A stretch of 64,000 nt of DNA from Selaginella moellendorffii (lineage: Eukaryota; Plantae; Lycopodiophyta). Under the pieces are notes generated by a model. The model worked only from the letters and a program-made list of their open reading frames with translations, did no database searches and had not been told where the DNA came from. The translations under genes and the position numbers were made by a program. This document shows positions 10,594 to 23,194 of the stretch, one piece after another; the stretch's first letter is position 1, and each line of letters starts with the position of its first letter. The stretch spans positions 236,139-300,138 of the forward strand of contig NW_003314305.1 in assembly GCF_000143415.4 (NCBI RefSeq), given 5' to 3'.

Positions 10594-11393
10594 TTCTTGC
10601 CCTAGGACCGTTTCAGGAGAAGAATATACCCGTGATTTTAAAACCCTGCTTGGGGCCCTGGTGCTCATCTCAAGATGTAGAGCCGCATCCAAATTCTCAG
10701 GGCTGTGCTTGAGATATCCCGGCACTACACTCTTTTCCAGGTCCTCAAGAACGTTAGCAGGGAATATTCGCACCTTGTTCTTTTCGGCCCAAACCATGGT
10801 ACGTGTACATTTGTTTTCCTTGATGATCTTTTTCATAGTTTCTGAGCCTTGTAGCTTGATCTTATTCACCACCTGAACAACAATGACAGACAAATACGAC
10901 ATCGGTCTCTAGAAGGTTTGCTATCAGTTTTCAGATCTTCTTACTAGGTGATTGTCATGGGCTATGTTCCTCGAGGCGAGGGCACAGACGCAATGCCAGT
11001 GCATGACATCGGCGAGCACCTGGTACTCTTTCTCGGGAGGACGTGGTAGAGGGAGCGGAGGTTCAGGCCCTCTCCTAGAGTCTCACACCTGGATACGTCT
11101 TGGAGCTTGCAGCTTGATGCCGTCGCGAACGTGATAGTTGATGTGGATGAGCTGGCCAGCCTAAGGTCACAGTTCCAAAACACCATCAGGATATTATTCC
11201 ATTGATGGTTTCATAGGTGCTTTTATTGATGAGGCTGTTCCCAAAGCTTATATAGCTTCGTCTTCTAAAATGATAGCCGAGCTTGGGAAACGTGAAAACC
11301 ATGAGAATCATAACTTCTGGACGATGTCCAAGCCCTTTCATCACCTGCAAGTTAACAGAACTGAAAAGAGAAGCGAGCAGAAACTCACGGCGT

Positions 11394-11938
11394 TTACTCC
11401 TCAAACTGGGGACGACCCTGGCGGAACGGCGAGGTAAACTTCTGCCCACCGCCTAATCCAAAGTCGACCTTGATGATACCATCATCGTCCTTGTAAATCG
11501 CCTCGGAGCACACCTTCAAGAGCTGGTGCCCGAGGACGAAATCGTGGTGAATCAGATCCATAACTGAAAAATCCATGCTGAAACTTGAGTTTGCGAACTT
11601 TGCGATTGTGGGGCGGAGAGGGGTTCCCGCCCAGGAACTTGACGCAAAACGGGCGGCACAGCGTCCTGGTCGGCCCCAGCCTATTGACCGCATTGACCGA
11701 CACGAAGCTGTCCGAGTTCTGGCTCAGCATGAAGGATACCGGGCGGCCGTTGACCAGTTGCCGTAGTCCTCGTTGCCCATGTAGACACCCAGCACCGCTT
11801 GGCCAGCGGCGCCGCCGTGGCCACCACGGCTTGGGCCTCGCTCACGCTGCCTGGCTGCTTGGCCGCCACGAACTCAGCCACCTCGGTGTTTGACACCGAC
11901 TGGAGATAGCTGTGTACCTCGAGAGAAAGAAGCTCCAT
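11394..11938 (-). pseudogene. Gag-CTD/retropepsin-like paralog type b, frameshifted
   Basis: Same deletions as the unit 1 copy. Confidence 0.8.
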
Positions 11939-12642
11939 TTTTTCCTAACTTTTCTTGCCCTACTGGGAGAAGAATATACTTAACAGAAAGTTTGCGCTAG
12001 GAGCATAAACAAAGAGCGAAGGAGTGAGGAGTGAAGCTTTCTTTCAGTAAAAGCAATACACTTTCCTGGTTGTTCTTGGACAAGGAAGTCCAGCTTAAAT
12101 TAACAAATCTCACATGTACAAAATTATTAACAGTATATAATTTTTGGAACCTGTATCTAAAATATACTAAAATATTCTGGTTTATTTTACTATCTAAAGA
12201 TTGTTATTCATTTTGTATCTATAATTTATAAACTTTCTTAACCACTTACTAGTATATTCTAAGTTAATCTGATGTTTATAATTTATAACACAAGATTAAT
12301 TTTATTACAAGTTATCAATGTGATTAATAAATAAAAAGCACTCAAATTATTTAATTTCTAATTTTTGAGAAGATAACCAATCGTTTATGACATCTCCCAC
12401 AATGATATCGCTCCATTCGGTACAAACACGTCCCATACAAGAACTTCCCACGTCCTCCAGTTTATCTGAGTCACTAAGAAATAAGAAACAAGAAAAGAAT
12501 TGCTTTCTACCTGATTAGCAGAATGGTGTTGCTTGACGTCTTCAGTCCCTTCGTTGGTAGCATAAAGGCAGAGCAAAAACAGCAGAGCAAATTTATTGAT
12601 ATTTCATCTTTATTTCATACATAACTATTTTCATATCGATCT

Positions 12643-13146
12643 TTAGTAAGGCTTCTGGCCTCCAACGTTGCCTGGTGGATCATAGTTGCAACTCACAATG
12701 TACGCATTCGCACCATTGCATTTCACTCGAGCGCATCCCACTCGCACCGAGTTCCTCCACACAACCTGAGTGTAGTGCCCGCACACCTTGCCCGGAGCAC
12801 AAGTGTTTGATGCGTAATTGTAATCAGCCTTTTCCTTCACCCATTCTTTGACTGCGTCCGTGGCTGGAGGCGCCACCAAGCCATCGCTCCCCCTCCACAT
12901 ATACAAGTTCTCGCCATACGGCCCTTTAGAGTGGACCATTTGACAGCTCGCCTGGAGAGTCGAGGCCCAGTTTTGCGCATACGAGGCAACTTGCGTGCTC
13001 CAAACCAGCGGAGGAACATTAACAGCAGATCTCGCGGAGTTGTGTGCGTCGACAAGATCACTCTCCGTGCTTGCAAGACCTGCGTGGAGAAATCCAGTGC
13101 CATAGATCACAAGAACCATTAGAGTTGCACGAAGAACTCCCCCCAT
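12643..13146 (-). CDS. PR1: Pathogenesis-related protein 1, copy 2
   Basis: Same motifs; WSTQ/HSKG/GLVAP variant. Confidence 0.95.
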   Translation of the reverse strand: MGGVLRATLMVLVIYGTGFLHAGLASTESDLVDAHNSARSAVNVPPLVWSTQVASYAQNWASTLQASCQMVHSKGPYGENLYMWRGSDGLVAPPATDAVKEWVKEKADYNYASNTCAPGKVCGHYTQVVWRNSVRVGCARVKCNGANAYIVSCNYDPPGNVGGQKPY

Positions 13147-13540
13147 AGCGATCAAACTAGAACGCGGATTGCACAACTCAAAAGTATAGGAGCACGAAAA
13201 CTTACTGTGGGAGACCATCCTCTTATAAAGCAGAGCGTAGGCATGGGGATCTCCCTTTGGATACGGCAAATACATTTCTTCTTAATGTTAGTCTTGCTTG
13301 CTCGCACGAGATTTTCCACGTCGTTATGCTCGTTTTTTTCTTGATCAATGACAAGAGATGGGTCAGTGACTTGACTTAACCGGCATGACCTTCCAGAATT
13401 CCACAAGATGGTTGCTGGGAACTTAAATAGTTCTATAGATCATAGATCATCAAGAATAAAGATGACCTACAAATTAACGAATATACCAAGAAAAGTATGC
13501 AAGTATATGATTCTCTTCGATTAGGTCATAGATAGAGAAC

Positions 13541-15255
13541 ATGGCGGCAGGGTTTGAGAATTCCGAGGTAAGCAGCACGCTCCAGGAAGACGAGATCGTC
13601 CATCTTAGCGAGGAGCTAGGCTGGCTAGTGATTGGCGAGCAGCCGGAGCTCAAGATCATCGGCGAGGTCGACAAGATCAAGGCCAGGGGAGAAGAAGAAG
13701 AAGAAAAAGAGCGATGCTATACAGCGCTCGTCCATCTCAAAGCTCCCAAAGACGATAGCTTGGCCGCCGCCGATGCTCGCGCCCCGGTCGATCTGGTCAC
13801 AGTGCTGGACGTGAGCGGCAGCATGCGCGGCCAGAAGCTGGAGCTCGTCAAGACCGCCATGGAGTTTGTGATCCGGAATTTGCGACAGCAGGACCGCCTC
13901 GCGATCGTCTCCTTCTCGGACGAGCCCAAAGTCCATCTCGGTCTCAAGAGGATGACTCACGACGGTCGAGCCGCGGCACTCAGTGCAGTGGAGAAGCTCC
14001 GGAGCTTGGGAGGAACAGAGATCCGTCCAGGGCTAAAGGCTGGATTCGATCTTCTTTCGCGGCGCAAGAATAGGAACCCGGTGTCGAGCATCATGCTTCT
14101 CTCGGACGGGATGGACAATGCGATCACGTTCAAGCGATGCAAAGTTCTTCCAGTGGATTCCTACCTCGAGGACTGCAGTGAGCGGGTTCCAGTGCACACT
14201 TTCGGATTTGGAAGTGACCATGATCCCGAGGCCATGCTGAGTATCGCGGAGGCCACAGGCGGAAGCTTTTGCTACGTGCAAGAGGAGTCCACCGTCCAGC
14301 ACGCGTTTGCTCAGTGCATTGGCGGGCTGCTTAGCGTGGTGGCACAGGAAGTGGAGGTCTTCATCGAGGCGAGTGGCGGAGCGAAGATCAAGAGTGTGGA
14401 GGCCACCGCCGGGATGACAGCCATGGATGGAGATCGAGCTGCGACGGTGAAGCTTGGATCCCTGTATGCGGAAGAGGAGAGAGATATCCTGGTGGAGCTC
14501 TTGCTGCCTAGCTCCGACTCGAGCTCTTTGTCGATGGAACTTCTCAAAGTTGAGGGAAGCTTTCAAGACCCTGGGCAGTCGAACAAGACCCAACTGCTTG
14601 CAACTTCGAGCTTGGTGATCCAGGAGCTCAAAGCTGGCGAAGAAGAGGAGGCGACAAAGATCGAGGTGGACAGGCAGAAGAACCGTGTGAGTGCCTCGAA
14701 GGCGATGGCTGCCGCTCGTAAGCTGGGGTCTGGCAGCTTGGCGTCGGCAAAGCAAGTGCTGGTGGACGTGAAACAAAAGATAGAGAGCTCCCGAGCGTTT
14801 GGAGCTGGCGATGGCTTGTCCAGGAGATTGGTGAGAGAACTCGACGAGCTGATCCAGTGCATGAAGCGGGATTATTACCACTCCGAGGGACATGCTGTGC
14901 TGCTTGCCAAGGGGAATTCTCACTGCAACCAGCGAGCTTCGTACCAGTCGAGAGGTAAGACATTTTGGACAGCTCTTTTGTGTTCTAACTCTTGTGAATT
15001 TTGTTACTTAAATCAGCACGGAAGCGCCCCGCTTTTTTCGAAGGTGGCAGAGGTGGCAGAGGGGGCAGAGGTGCTGGTGCTAAACCACGGAGCAATGCAG
15101 CTCCTTGTCTTGGTGCTAGTGCTAAAAGAATGAGCACTGGTGGGGTTCTTTCAGAAAGCCTGGTACAAGAGACATCCTCAGATGATGAGTCGTACCGAAC
15201 GTCGGCGATGGTAGATATGCTGGACAAATCCAAGAAATTCAAGAGTAAGAGATAG
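13541..15255 (+). CDS. RING-less vWA protein copy 3; exons 13541-14954, 15017-15255
   Basis: As copy 2. Confidence 0.88.
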
Positions 15256-15819
15256 ATCTAGATTTCAAGTTGACAAAGCTCGAACTTGACAAGCATAAGT
15301 GTGTTCTGAACTCCAAAGCAAGCGTTTCTGGCCCAACACGATCCAGATCCAGCCATTCCCCATCCAATGGTCAGGTCAACGACAAGAAATAGTCAACGAC
15401 CCATACTTAAGCGCCCGACGTGAAAGCACTGGACCTTCTTATGGAGTTTGCATTGCTATCGTTTTCTGGACTTTTCTCCTCAATCAGTTTGCAGAGCCAG
15501 ATGCTCGAAGCCCTGATGCTGCACTCCACAGTCAAGATGATGGGAGCTCCCATCAATGCTGATTAAACTGGAGGGTTTTCAAAGCTCTACTTCAGAAATC
15601 TGGTGTGGACAATCAGCCCATACAATTACCTTTGCTATGTTCCAGAACGAGAAGCTTATTGTCTATCAATCTAAGGAGGACATGTAACTTCTTGCTCCTT
15701 CTGTCACATGCATTTTTAACAAAAGTAGTCTTCTTCAGAGAAACAAATAGATCTTGTTCAATTCAGAGAGGAGAGGTAGTAATTGTGGATGAAACCTATT
15801 AAATATTTATACACATTGT

Positions 15820-16830
15820 CTAGTTTGTTATGCTAGCAAGAAGCATGTAAGGACTTGCTCTAAGGAGCTTTTGATCCTGTTGTAAGTAGAAGATGTTACT
15901 GGCTACTCGTGTCCCACATTCCACATCGTTCTGTAGTCTACAGGCACTCAGCAAACTTCCCCATGAAACGTCATCGGGAGTGAATGGCATGCTGTGAATC
16001 AACTCTTCTGCCTCGTGAATCCTTCCCATTCTCGCCAGAATGTCTACCATGCATCGGAAGTTTTCCACTGACGGTCTAAAGTCGTGATCAAAAGCCATGG
16101 ATCTAAACCACGACAGCGCCTCCTGGAGCATTCCTTCGTGGCTAAACGCAAACAAAATCCCTGTGACTGTCGTCTCCTCGCAGCTGACACCTTCAAGGCA
16201 CATCCTGAACGATAGCTCCAACGCAGTTTGGATGTAACCTTTTTGAGCATAAGCAACGATCATAGCATTCCAGGAAACCGTGTTTTTCTCATGCATTTGG
16301 TGGAAGATTTCTTTTGCTTCGAAAAGATGGCCATTATGGGCATGCGTTACGATCAGAGCATTCAAGACTGATGTTTCTTGAGAAGCGTTCCAAGGGATTA
16401 AATCTCTGGCTTGAGTCACGTTTCCATTCTCTCCACAAGCGATTACCATGCTTGTCCATGACAGATTATTGCTCGCCGGGATTTTCTCGAGCAAGTGATC
16501 TAGATATCCAGCAGTGGCTAAAGCTGAAATTGCAGCGTTCCAACACATAAGGTCACGCATGGGGCACCTCTCAAAGTAAACTTTCGCTTCTTCCAACTTC
16601 CTCTTGGACACGAGCACACACACCATTGAAGTCCAGCTTATCACGCTCCACCCCGGCATTTTCCAGAATGTCGTTGTGGCCATGCAAAGATTACCAGAAT
16701 CCGCGTTTGCTTGAAGTATAGTCGTCCACGAAGCCAAGTTTCTCTGAGGCATGTCGCCAAAAAGCTCGCAAACTTTCTCAGTATTAAGATTCTCGCGGTA
16801 CATCTGAAGCATGATTTTCTGGTTGGGCAT
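15820..16830 (-). CDS. 5'-truncated PLS/E-type PPR gene, copy 2 (possible pseudogene)
   Basis: As above, with an in-frame 3-codon deletion (LDH---LLEK). Confidence 0.65.
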   Translation of the reverse strand: MPNQKIMLQMYRENLNTEKVCELFGDMPQRNLASWTTILQANADSGNLCMATTTFWKMPGWSVISWTSMVCVLVSKRKLEEAKVYFERCPMRDLMCWNAAISALATAGYLDHLLEKIPASNNLSWTSMVIACGENGNVTQARDLIPWNASQETSVLNALIVTHAHNGHLFEAKEIFHQMHEKNTVSWNAMIVAYAQKGYIQTALELSFRMCLEGVSCEETTVTGILFAFSHEGMLQEALSWFRSMAFDHDFRPSVENFRCMVDILARMGRIHEAEELIHSMPFTPDDVSWGSLLSACRLQNDVECGTRVASNIFYLQQDQKLLRASPYMLLASITN

Positions 16831-17333
16831 GAGCAATGGCCACGGGATGGGTTCAAGAGGTGAAAGAGAATCTAATGCCAAAGTTGCAATGCTGATTCAG
16901 GCCTATTTAGAGCCATCCAGGCCAAATAGATTACAATTCTTATATTCTTTGTCCGCTCGGGGAGAAAGAAAAAAAAAGCATATGTTGATCTGCAAACCAA
17001 TGCTTTTGATTTCATTGGATTTTTAATCACAGCCCAGTGCGTTCTTAATGGCACAGAGGAGACAGGCCTGGAAGCAGCTGGGGGCGATTCTCCAGGACCA
17101 GAAAGCGTGACTAATCAAAGAGCCACGTAAAGAGAAACTCAGAGAACTATACGAAACAATGGAAAACATGGAAAGACGATGGAAACAAGCTCTGCGATGA
17201 AACAATGGAAAACAATGGAAAAAACACAACATCCAAGAACATCTTCTCGACGATTCATGACCCTCGACAACCTGGAGAGTCTACATGAGAACTCAGAAAA
17301 CGACGGAAACTTCATTGTAAACTTACGGATAAC

Positions 17334-17909
17334 CTAAAACTGGGGACGGCCCTGCTGAAACCGGGAGGTGAAACTTTGCCCTCCGCATTCTAGCTCGACC
17401 TTCATGCCATCCCGAAAGCTGAGAACATACTCGGAGCACAAGTTTATGAGCTCGTGGCCGAGGACGAAATCGTGGCGAGCCAGATTCATGACCGCGAAAT
17501 CCAGGCATCCCTTGAACCCGCCCTCGAGCTCAAACTCGAGGTCCGCCACTTTGCGATTGCTGGGCTGCGCGGTGCTCCCCACAAGCAGGTTGACGCTAAA
17601 CGGACGGCACAGCGAAGTCGTCAGCCCGAGGCGGTTGACGGCGTTGACCGACACGAAGCTGTCCGAGTTCTGGCTGAGCATGAAGGACGCCGGGCGGCCG
17701 TTGACCGTGCCCCGGAGCCAGCGGCCATAGTCGTCGTCGCCCATGAAGGACACCAGGCACGTCTTGGCCAGCGGCGCCGCCGTGAGCTCGGCTACCAAGT
17801 CCTGAGCCTCGTTCAAGCTGCCTGGCTGCTTGCCCGCCACGAACTCGGCCACCTCAGCGTTGGGCACCGACTGGAGAAAGCTGCATACCTCGAGAGGAAG
17901 AAGCTCCAT
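17334..17909 (-). CDS. Gag-CTD/retropepsin-like protein type a, copy 3
   Basis: Same 191-aa translation as copies 1 and 2. Confidence 0.7.
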   Translation of the reverse strand: MELLPLEVCSFLQSVPNAEVAEFVAGKQPGSLNEAQDLVAELTAAPLAKTCLVSFMGDDDYGRWLRGTVNGRPASFMLSQNSDSFVSVNAVNRLGLTTSLCRPFSVNLLVGSTAQPSNRKVADLEFELEGGFKGCLDFAVMNLARHDFVLGHELINLCSEYVLSFRDGMKVELECGGQSFTSRFQQGRPQF

Positions 17910-18747
17910 TTCTTGCCCTAGGACCGTTTCAGGAGAAGAATATACCCGTGATTTTAAAACCCTGCATTGAGCGTTTGGTGGTGCTCACCTTCAAGATGTA
18001 GAGCCGCATCCAAATCCTCAGGGCTGTGCTTGAGATATCCCGGCACTACACTCTTTTCCAGATCTTCAAGAACGTTAGCAGGGAATATTCGCACCTTGTT
18101 CTTTTCGGCCCCAAACCCATGCATTATTCAGACATGGTACGTGTACATTTGTTTTCCTTGATGATCTTTTTGATAGTTTCTGAGCCTTGTAGCTTGATCT
18201 TATTCACCACCTGAACAACGATGACAAGTGTGGTTACAGCGAGGAATCAAAAACCTTGTTTCGACTTCCTCAAGTTCGCAATGTGCCAGGCCGAACAGAA
18301 CCTGCTTGTTGGCCGCCCTGACGTCCAGAGCCTGCAAAAGAGTGCGAGAGGAGTCGCTATGTAAAAGGAGCTCGACAAATACGATATCGGTCTCTAGAAG
18401 GTTTGCTATCAGTTTTCAGATTTTCTTACTAGGTGATTGTCATGGGCTATTTTCCTGGAGGCGAGGGCACAGACGCAATGCCAGTGCATGACATCGGCGA
18501 GCACCTGGTACTCTTTCTCGAGAGGACGTGGTAGAGGGAGCGGAGGTTCAGGTCCTCTCCTAGAAGTCTCATACCTGGATACGTCTTGGAGCTTGCAGCT
18601 TGATGCCAGAGTTGATGTGCATGAGCTGGCCAGCCTAAGGTCACAGTTCCAAAACACCATCAGGATACTTCTGGACGATGTCCAAGCCCTTTCATCACCT
18701 GCAAGTTAACAGAACTGAAAAGAGAAGCGAGCAGAAACTCACGCCGT

Positions 18748-19377
18748 TTACTCCTCAAACTGGAGACGCCCCTGGTGGAACGGCGAGGTAAACTTCTGCC
18801 CACCACCTAATCCAAAGTCGACCTTGATGATACCATCATCGTCCTTGTAAATCGCCTCGGAGCACACCTTCAAGAGCTGGTGCCCGAGGACGAAATCGTG
18901 GTGAATCAGATCCATGACTGAAAAATCCATGCAGCCCTTGTACCCGCCCTCAAGCTGAAACTTGAGTTTGCGAACTTTGCGATTGTGGGGCGGAGAGGGG
19001 TTCCAGCCCAGGAACTTGACGCAAAACGGGCGGCATAGCGTCGTGGTCGGCCCCAGCCTATTGACCGCATTGACCGACACGAAGCTGTCCGAGTTCTGGC
19101 TCAGCATGAAGGATACCGGGCGGCCGTTGACCGTGCCCCGGAGCCAGTTGCCGTAGTCCTCGTTGCCCATGTAGCACACCCAGCACCGCTTGGCCAGCGG
19201 CGCCGCCGTGAGCTTGGCCACCACGGCTTGGGCCTCGCTCACGCTGCCTGGCTGCTTGGCCGCCACGAACTCGGCCACCTCGGTGTTTGACACCGATCGA
19301 GAGAAAGAATCTCCATTCTTTCCCAACTTTTCTTGCCCTAGGTGTTCATTACTGGGACCCAACGGAAGTTTGATCAA
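18748..19377 (-). pseudogene. Gag-CTD/retropepsin-like paralog type b; protease-like domain open but start region frameshifted
   Basis: Open from SVSNTEVAEF to QFEE*, but a ~19-nt deletion near 19296 puts the homologous ATG out of frame. It could still be expressed from an upstream exon. Confidence 0.55.
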
Positions 19378-20032
19378 GCTTGCTCCACAATGCGGCTATA
19401 GATGCCAAGCCAGGAGCATAAACAAAGAGCGAAGGAGTGAGGAGTGAAGACTTTCTTTCAGTAAAAGCAATACACTTTCCTGGTTGTTCTTGGTCATGGA
19501 CAAGGAAGTCCAGCTTAAATTAACAAATCTCACACGTACAAAACTATTAACAGTATACCTGTATCTAAAATATACTAAAATATTCTGGGATATTTTACTA
19601 TCTAATTCATTTTGTATCTATAATTTATAAACTTTCTTAACCACTTACTAGTATATTCTAAGTTAATCTGATGTTTATAATTTATAACACAAGATTAATT
19701 TTATTACAAGTTATCAATATGATTAATAAATAAAAAGCACTCAAATTATTTAATTTTTAATTTTTGAGAAGAGAACCAATCGTTTCCCACAATGATATCG
19801 CTCCATTCGGTACAAACACGTCCCATACAAGAACTTCCCACGTCCTCCAGTTTGTCTGAGTCACTAAGAAATAAGAAACAAGAAAAGAATTGCGTTCTAC
19901 CTGATTAGCAGAATGGTGTTGCTTGACGTCTTCAATCCCTTCGTTGGTAGCATGAAGGCAGAGCAAAAACAGCAGAGCAAATTTATTGATATTTCATCTT
20001 TATTTCATACATAACTATTTTCATATCGATCT

Positions 20033-20536
20033 TTAGTAAGGTTTCTGGCCTCCAACGTTGCCTGGTGGATCATAGTTGCAACTCACAATGTACGCATTCG
20101 CACCATTGCATTTCACTCGAGCGCATCCCACTCGCACCGAGTTCCTCCACACAACCTGAGTGTAGTGCCCGCACACCTTGCCCGGAGCACAAGTGTTTGA
20201 TGCGTAATTGTAATCAGCCTTTTCCTTCACCCATTCTTTGACTGCGTCCGTGGCTGGAGGCGCCACCAAGCCATCGCTCCCCCTCCACATATACAAGTTC
20301 TCGCCATACGGCCCTTTAGAGTGGACCATTTGACAGCTCGCCTGGAGAGTCGAGGCCCAGTTTTGCGCATACGAGGCAACTTGCGTGCTCCAAACCAGCG
20401 GAGGAACATTAACAGCAGATCTCGCGGAGTTGTGTGCGTCGACAAGATCACTCTCCGTGCTTGCAAGACCTGCGTGGAGAAATCCAGTGCCATAGATCAC
20501 AACAACCATTAGAGTTGCACGAAGAACTCCCCCCAT
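20033..20536 (-). CDS. PR1: Pathogenesis-related protein 1, copy 3
   Basis: Same motifs; mature protein as in copy 2. Confidence 0.95.
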   Translation of the reverse strand: MGGVLRATLMVVVIYGTGFLHAGLASTESDLVDAHNSARSAVNVPPLVWSTQVASYAQNWASTLQASCQMVHSKGPYGENLYMWRGSDGLVAPPATDAVKEWVKEKADYNYASNTCAPGKVCGHYTQVVWRNSVRVGCARVKCNGANAYIVSCNYDPPGNVGGQKPY

Positions 20537-20930
20537 AGCGATCAAACTAGAACGCGGATTGCACAACTAAAGAGTATAGGAGCACGAAAACTTACTGTGG
20601 GAGACCATCCTCTTATAAAGCAGAGCGTAGGCATGGGGATCTCCCTTTGGATACGGCAAATACATTTCTTCTTAATGTTAGTCTTGCTTGCTCGCACGAG
20701 ATTTTCCACGTCGTTATGCTCGTTTTTTTCTTGATCAATGACAAGAGATGGGTCAGTGACTTGACTTAACCGGCATGACCTTCCAGAATTCCACAAGATG
20801 GTTGCTGGGAACTTAAATAGTTCTATAGATCATAGATCATCAAGAATAAAGATGACCTACAAATTAACGAATATACCAAGAAAAGTATGCAAGTATATGA
20901 TTCTCTTCGATTAGGTCATAGATAGAGAAC

Positions 20931-22643
20931 ATGGCGGCAGGGTTTGAGAATTCCGAGGTAAGCAGCACGCTCCAGGAAGACGAGATCGTCCATCTTAGCG
21001 AGGAGCTAGGCTGGCTAGTGATTGGCGAGCAGCCGGAGCTCAAGATCATCGGCGAGGTCGACAAGATCAAGGCCAGGGGAGAAGAAGAAGAAGAAAAAGA
21101 GCGATGCTATACAGCGCTCGTCCATCTCAAAGCTCCCAAAGACGATAGCTTGGCCGCCGCCGATGCTCGCGCCCCGGTCGATCTGGTCACAGTGCTGGAC
21201 GTGAGCGGCAGCATGCGCGGCCAGAAGCTGGAGCTCGTCAAGACCGCCATGGAGTTTGTGATCCGGAATTTGCGACAGCAGGACCGCCTCGCGATCGTCT
21301 CCTTCTCGGACGAGCCCAAAGTCCATCTCGGTCTCAAGAGGATGACTCACGACGGTCGAGCCGCGGCACTCAGTGCAGTGGAGAAGCTCCGGAGCTTGGG
21401 AGGAACAGAGATCCGTCCAGGGCTAAAGGCTGGATTCGATCTTCTTTCGCGGCGCAAGAATAGGAACCCGGTGTCGAGCATCATGCTTCTCTCGGACGGG
21501 ATGGACAATGCGATCACGTTCAAGCGATGCAAAGTTCTTCCAGTGGATTCCTACCTCGAGGACTGCAGTGAGCGGGTTCCAGTGCACACTTTCGGATTTG
21601 GAAGTGACCATGATCCCGAGGCCATGCTGAGTATCGCGGAGGCCACAGGCGGAAGCTTTTGCTACGTGCAAGAGGAGTCCACCGTCCAGCACGCGTTTGC
21701 TCAGTGCATTGGCGGGCTGCTTAGCGTGGTGGCACAGGAAGTGGAAGTCTGCATCGAGGCGAGTGGCGGAGCGAAGATCAGGAGTGTGGAGGCCACCGCC
21801 GGGACGACAGCCATGGATGGAGATCGAGCTGCGACGGTGAAGCTTGGATCCCTGTATGCGGAAGAGGAGAGAGATATCCTGGTGGAGCTCTTGCTGCCTA
21901 GCTCCGACTCGAGCTCTTTGTCGATGGAACTTCTCAAAGTTGAGGGAAGCTTTCAAGACCCCGGGCAGTCGAACAAGACCCAGCAGCTTGCAACTTCGAG
22001 CTTGGTGATCCAGGAGCTCAAAGCTGGCGAAGAAGAGGAGGCGACAAAGATCGAGGTGGACAGGCAGAAGAACCGTGTGAGTGCCTCGAAGGCGATGGCT
22101 GCCGCTCGTAAGCTGGGGTCTGGCAGCTTGGCGTCGGCAAAGCAAGTGCTGGTGGACGTGAAACAAAAGATTGAGAGCTCCCGAGCGTTTGGAGCTGGCG
22201 ATGGCTTGTCCAGGAGATTGGTGAGAGAACTCGACGAGCTGATCCAGTGCATGAAGCGGGATTATTACCACTCCGAGGGACATGCTGTGCTGCTTGCCAA
22301 GGGGAATTCTCACTGCAACCAGCGAGCTTCGTACCAGGCGAAAGGTAAGACATTTTGGATGTCTTTTGTGTTCTAACTCTTGTGAATTTTGTTACTTAAA
22401 TCAGCACGGAAGCGCCCCGCCTTTTTCGAAGGTGGCAGAGGTGGCAGAGGGGGCAGAGGTGCTGGTGCTAAACCACGGAGCAATGCAGCTCCTTGTCTTG
22501 GTGCTAGTGCTAAAAGAATGAGCACTGGTGGGGTTCTTTCAGAAAGCCTGGTACAAGAGACATCCTCAGATGATGAGTCGTACCGAACGTCGGCGATGGT
22601 AGATATGCTGGACAAATCCAAGAAATTCAAGAGTAAGAGATAG
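20931..22643 (+). CDS. RING-less vWA protein copy 4; exons 20931-22344, 22405-22643
   Basis: As copy 2; the ORF-track stop at 22376 lies inside the intron. Confidence 0.88.
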
Positions 22644-23194
22644 ATCTAGATTTCAAGTTGACAAAGCTCGAACTTGACAAGCATAAGTGTGTTCCGAACT
22701 CCAAAGCAAGCGTTTCTGGCCCAACACGATCCAGATCCAGCCATTCCCCATCCAATGGTCAGGTCAACGACAAGAAATAGTCAACGGCCCATACCTAAGC
22801 GCCCGACGTGAAAGCACTGGGCCTTCTTATGGAGTTTGCAATGCTATCGTTTTCTGGACTTTTCTCCTCAATCAGTTTGCAGAGCCAGATGCTCGAAGCC
22901 CTGATGCTGCACTCCACAGTCAAGATGATGGGAGCTCCCATCAATGCTGATTAAACTGGGGGGTTTTCAAAGCTCTACTTCAGAAATCTGGTGTGGACAA
23001 TCAGCCCATACAATTACCTTTGCTAAGAACAAGAAGCCTACTGTCTATCAATCGAAGGAGGACCAGCAAAAACTTGAATCATTGGTAGTCTTCTTCAGAG
23101 AAACAAATAGATCTTGTTCAATTCAGAGAGGAGAGGTAGCAATTGCGGATGAAACCGACTGTCCTCCTTTCGATTAAATATTTATACACATTGT

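Larger units (their letters stand above)
9496..16811. repeat. Tandem segmental duplication unit 2
   Basis: Near-identical to unit 1 but with a single vWA gene; same PPR junction AGCATGATTTTCTGG at both ends. Confidence 0.95.

Noticed and set aside
22282-22521. Apparent frameshift making vWA copy 4 a pseudogene
   Set aside because: The indel lies within intron 22345-22404; the spliced frame is intact.
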